Shown here one piece after another: positions 59,291-64,000 of a DNA stretch of 64,000 nucleotides. The stretch lies in contig OZ360226.1 of NCBI GenBank assembly GCA_977017645.1, positions 37,758,001 to 37,822,000 on the forward strand, given 5' to 3'. Both the position numbers and the translations under genes were made by a program. The DNA comes from Torpedo marmorata (taxonomy: Eukaryota). The first letter of the stretch is position 1, and the number at the start of each line of letters is the position of its first letter. The notes under the pieces are model-generated. The model saw only the letters and a list, made by a program, of their open reading frames with translations, was not told the DNA's origin and did no database searches.

Positions 59291-60129
59291 ACACTGTTGG
59301 CTCTTTTAATAGGCCATTTAAGTAAATATTACTGAATCAATATAAGTAATTGCCTTTATCATTTAATGAGATGTACGGAGCCATCGGCAACTCACCGGGC
59401 AGTCAGCGCTGTATCTCTGCTCCCCACCCTCCTGCGTCCGCAGCTGTGGCAGGGCTGCCATTACAGCAGCTCTGGGAGCACTGCCATTTTTTTTTAAGGA
59501 GCAAGTGTAGCAAAAATATTCAAAACACGGCAGGAAAAATTAATTGGCCATTTTCTTGCTGACTACAGAACAACTCCACACAGTTCAATAGGTATGAAGG
59601 GATTAGTAAGAACCTTCTTAAAACTTGATTATTGAAATCTTAGTTTCTCCAGCACTTTTGTGCATTGCACGACAATCATAGGGTCTGTAGACTTTCCTGT
59701 TTAACTCGACTGAAATTTAGCTTCTCGAGTTGAACAAAATAGTTGTGCTTAAATTTTGGCAAAACACAAATCAGAAAGATTGGCATTACAGTTTCTGCAA
59801 AATTATTTTGGCCGGCTGAGTTGGTCAAGCACATATAAATTGTACTTGTATCAACAGGGTTCTGGTAGAAGTTGTTGACAAAATCTGAAGTCCAAGTGAA
59901 GATTTCATTATGAGAGATAACCAAAAGTTTGTGTAAAGTGCTTGGTTTTATGAAACATCTTGGAGCATATATAATGCAGCACAGGAAGATGTTTAAGATA
60001 ACCATTTTTGAGCTTGAATCCTTTGTACAGATATCAATGTTATGCAAGTTATGTCCCTGAAAAATGATTTTGTTCTCACCTGTCTTTCAGTGTTGGTGGA
60101 GTCTTTAACCACTTATCAGTATTATAATA

Positions 60130-60203
60130 TCAGAAACAGAATCAGAATTTATTGTCATGAACAAGTCATGAAATTCGGTGTTTTGCGGCAGCATCATAGT
60201 GCA
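60130..60203 (-). repeat. Short LINE 3' tail
   Basis: Same sequence as 6528-6600. Confidence 0.7.
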
Positions 60204-61332
60204 ATTTTGGTCAGTATCCTGAATTATAGTGGTAGACAGCTCCATTGGTACACAGGCTGAAGAAATATTAGCAAGCTCACTCCAGATTACGAACTAGCCT
60301 TTTGTAATACCTTGGGGTATTTCTTGCCTCGCTTAAACCATAAATTATTCTCTCTGGCATCAGCTTGCATCTTGTATTTGAGAATGACAATAAGAATGAA
60401 ATACTACTTTCTGCTTGATGCCATAAATTCTTTATGTGCCTATTGATCAATGTGTGTTGTGACAATATTGGAGAAAGAAGCTTTGTTACATTGAATTAAC
60501 TAACCTGACTTTATACAGAAAGTGTCATAAATGAAATAAATGGCTCATACAATATATATTTTCTTTAATTTTTAAAACAATGCAATTTATAGCCCTATGT
60601 TTGCAAAATGAAGGGGATATCAAATGCCAATGTCAACTAAATGTTAACAATTATACTACATTCATTACTGACATTTCCATTTTTAATCCAACCTTAAACT
60701 ATTGAAAGAATGTGTGGATTGAGTAGATGCTGTTCAAAGCTAATACCATCAGAGAGTGTATACATTAAGTCAACTCTAATTGATCTCGGGTTAGTGCCAG
60801 AGAAAGTCAAACCTCTGAAGAAATACATCACTATTTAACACCGCTCTAACAGAGCAACAGAATAATACCTTATGAATTACCCAGTATGAGAACAACTGCC
60901 TGTGGGCAGCAACTTTAATGGAATATAAGAGTCTGGTCACCAGAACTGAAGGTGGAATGCACTAGCCCTGCAGCCCCTCGAGGACAGCAGGATGAGTGGA
61001 CATGGAAGTGGTGGAATGTTACCTGTCATCGCGAAGAAATCTTATGATGGGCAACTTTCCAGGAAAGTTATTCTGAAAATACCTTCGCATGAAGATTCTT
61101 CAATTGCTTTTAAAGTAAAGTTGTTAGCTCATTTTAAGATCACCATTCAAATAACCTCCGAGCAAATTCAATGTACATTTCCATGATAAGACTGAGTCAA
61201 TATCAATAATTGCCTTCATCATTTAATTATATTTCTGGAGGATCAGATATATAGAAAATAACCCAAAGAAAATGAAGAGAAAAGACAGCAAACTACTCTG
61301 GGTGCATAACATTTGAGATGACACACAAATGA

Positions 61333-61957
61333 CATTGTGACGAAAGCCTCTACTTCCTCAGGAGTTTGCAGAGGTGTGGCATGACATCGGAATCCCTGGC
61401 AAGTTTCTACAGATGTGTGGTGGAAAGTGTGCTGACCGGCTGCATCATGGTCTGCTATGGGGATACCAATGCCCCCGAGCGAAAAGCCCTGCAAAAGATA
61501 GTTGACACAGCCCAGGACATCACGGGTAAAACCCTCCGCACCATCGAGAACATTTACAGGGAATGTTGCTGTTGGAGAGCAGCAGCAATCATCAAGGATC
61601 CACACCACCCAGCACAAGCTCTGTTCTTGCTGCTACCATGAGGAAAGAGGTATAGGTGCCTCAAAACTCACACCACCAGGTTCAGGAACAGCTGCTACCT
61701 CTCCACTGTCAGACTCCTCAACAACAAACTCAATCAGGCACTTATTTAAACACTCTTACTTTTGAATTTTATTGATTTTTTCCTCTCTGTATTGCACAAG
61801 TCAGTTTGTTTACATTTTTAAAATTTGTTTACATGTGTACGTTGAGTCAATTTTTTGCACTGCCAATAATTGGTAATTCTGCCTTGCCCGCAGGAAAAAG
61901 AATCTCAAGGTTGTATGTGATGTCATGTATTTACTCTGACAATAAATCTGAATCTGA
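61333..61957 (+). mobile_element. Rex1/Babar-type LINE 3' fragment
   Basis: Aligns with 57810-58470. Confidence 0.88.
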
Positions 61958-63376
61958 GGATGGAGTTGTTGTGTAAGCTTACTGGAGGTAATCATATTTG
62001 AAATAAAAACAGAAATGTGGAAAAAAAAGCTCAGTTAGCATGGGAGGAGAGAGATACACAATGCATATCTATTCATGATTGCATGTGCTAAATATACAAT
62101 TTGGTAGCTTACCCTTATGTACTGATCAGCTTTGGAAATCAATCTCAATAGACTCAAATTTAAGAAGCTGAGAGCAACATGAATAAACTCGCATTCGTAT
62201 TTTGCAAATTCAACTGGGGGTCAATTGTCAAATCCTACAGATATAATATATCGTCCATGACGTTTGATCAAAATTGATAGATGAATGCTTCTGCAGAAAA
62301 TGTAAATGCAAGGTAATAGGAGTGGGAAGACAAGGGAGTGATGGTGAGGCAGAGAAAGATCAAGTCCTCTGAGAGAGGAAACCTATCTCTTTCCCTGCTA
62401 TCTACTATTTTAATTAAGTCATACAATATGGAAACAGGCCATTCAGCCTGTCACATCCAGACTAACCAATGGGTATTCATCCATTTCCCAATATAGAATC
62501 TTCATTCCCAGTTACAATTTCAAATAAACTAATTTCTAGTCATTTTTTTAAGATTCCAACATATAATTTTATGATTTTCTTGCATTCTTTGGCATCTCAG
62601 TTGCTACTGTTCTGGCTTTCAAGTGTTCAAAAATCCCTGACAGAAATTTATATTTAGATTCTAATCAACAGCTGAGCAAAGTATAAAGTGTCCATACAAA
62701 TTAGATCACTGTTGGAGAAGCTACCTTAAATAAATCTTTAATTTGTTAAGTTACCTCCTCCACTGTTCTCTTGCGACATTATTTATCATGGGAGTGATCC
62801 TGAAATTGATTGAAGTTCCCCATAAGATCATTAGGCACATTTCTCACAGTTTAGTACACATAACTGCCATGGAATAAAAAAAAAATCTATCAGTATTAAG
62901 GGGATTTAAGTTCCATGGAGTCAACTGTGTTGGTTCATTTGAACTTGAAAAATAGTTTTGCATTGAAATCTGGGACGATGGCAGGGTTTTCATTAAGCAT
63001 TTCTCATTCTCCATGTTTACTAGGCTAAAATAGATGAAGTTATTGGAGAGATTCAATTGCACCCATACTGGTGGTAAGTTAGTGAAACTGTTGCCCACTT
63101 GATTAGGGGAGTTGATGGGTTGAAAGGGAAAATAAGTTATAGGGAAATAGTTGTGAGAATGCGATTCCTCTGAGAGCAACAATTGACAGGATGGGTAAAT
63201 GGCCTCCTGTATCATTATAAAATAGTAAAATACAAATATGAAATAAATGTGTTGCTCTGCAACACAGTTCCTGAACTGTGCACTGCATGATCTAGAGTTT
63301 GAACTAAGGGCATCTGAGTTGTGTGAAGGTGAGGAAAGGCCAATTCTCATCCTGAACCTGCCAACATCACAGGTCC

Positions 63377-63560
63377 ATGAGAAGCTGGAGGGACTGAGAG
63401 AGTCAGGCAACATCCATGGAGAGAAATGGCCAGTCAACATTTCAGGTTGGACAAGAGCTGACCATTTCTCTCCGTGAAAGCTGCCTGACCCATCGAGTCC
63501 CTCCAGCTTCTCATTATTTGTTTTAAATTCCAGCATCTGCTGTTCTTGTGTTTCTCAGGT
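63377..63560. repeat. Palindromic Penelope pLTR-derived element
   Basis: atgagaagctggagggact (63377-63395) is the exact reverse complement of agtccctccagcttctcat (63496-63514); inner arms also pair. Confidence 0.75.
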
Positions 63561-64000
63561 CACCTGGGAGGTGAGCTTTAGGAGCAGGGTTATTGGATAG
63601 TGCTCAAATTGTCCAGCAATATATTACAGGTATATTTATTTGTGGATGTGAGTGTATCTTGTTTTTGTCGCTCACAAATAAAAATCACAAACTTTCTCTG
63701 GTCCTGACTTTTGCTGAGCAATTTTCTCTGAGAACAATTGCAATTTTATTATAAACATTGAATTATTTGTACATTTTTGGGGACATAAAGTAGACAATCT
63801 CTCTTGGGACATGGGATGTGAATCATTAGCTTTTATAGGGTTAATATGGAAATCTGGTGGAATTTATGGTAGATGATGGAATTACACCCATCAAAATAGC
63901 AGGGAACTAAATCTTGCAACTGAGGTGAAGTTGTAATATAGTTGTAACTTTCTGTTTTATGTTTTCATTATTGCCAGAAATGATGAATGTCAGATATTTC

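Noticed and set aside
62844-63536. 230-aa ORF on - strand
   Set aside because: Runs through a Penelope palindrome and a SINE/LINE tail; no recognisable domain and atypical composition

Overview
Repeat-dense vertebrate genomic DNA, almost certainly from an elasmobranch (shark or ray): it carries HE1-type SINEs, Deu-domain SINEs, CR1, Rex1/Babar-type and L1 LINEs, and Penelope pLTRs. No host protein-coding gene, rRNA, tRNA or CRISPR array is recognisable. Three nested retroelement stacks dominate. (1) A degenerate Gmr1-type Ty3/gypsy element at 1920-10252 (-), with PR-IN-RT-RH order, holding Penelope, solo-LTR, LINE-tail and CR1 insertions. (2) A class III (ERV-S/ERV-L-like) endogenous retrovirus remnant at 20868-35192 (+), with a tRNA-Ser PBS and 5-bp TSD, holding an L1-in-L1 insertion and a young, intact Mag-type gypsy element (30107-34815) whose LTRs look identical and whose PBS position is antisense to its own poly(A) signal. 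(3) A second Gmr1-type element at 40658-51031 (+), holding two antisense solo LTRs of its own lineage and an L1. Between the stacks lie two Tc1/mariner-superfamily non-autonomous DNA elements, several palindromic Penelope-derived hairpins and unique-looking segments that may be conserved non-coding elements. All family assignments come from motif recognition by eye, not database searches.
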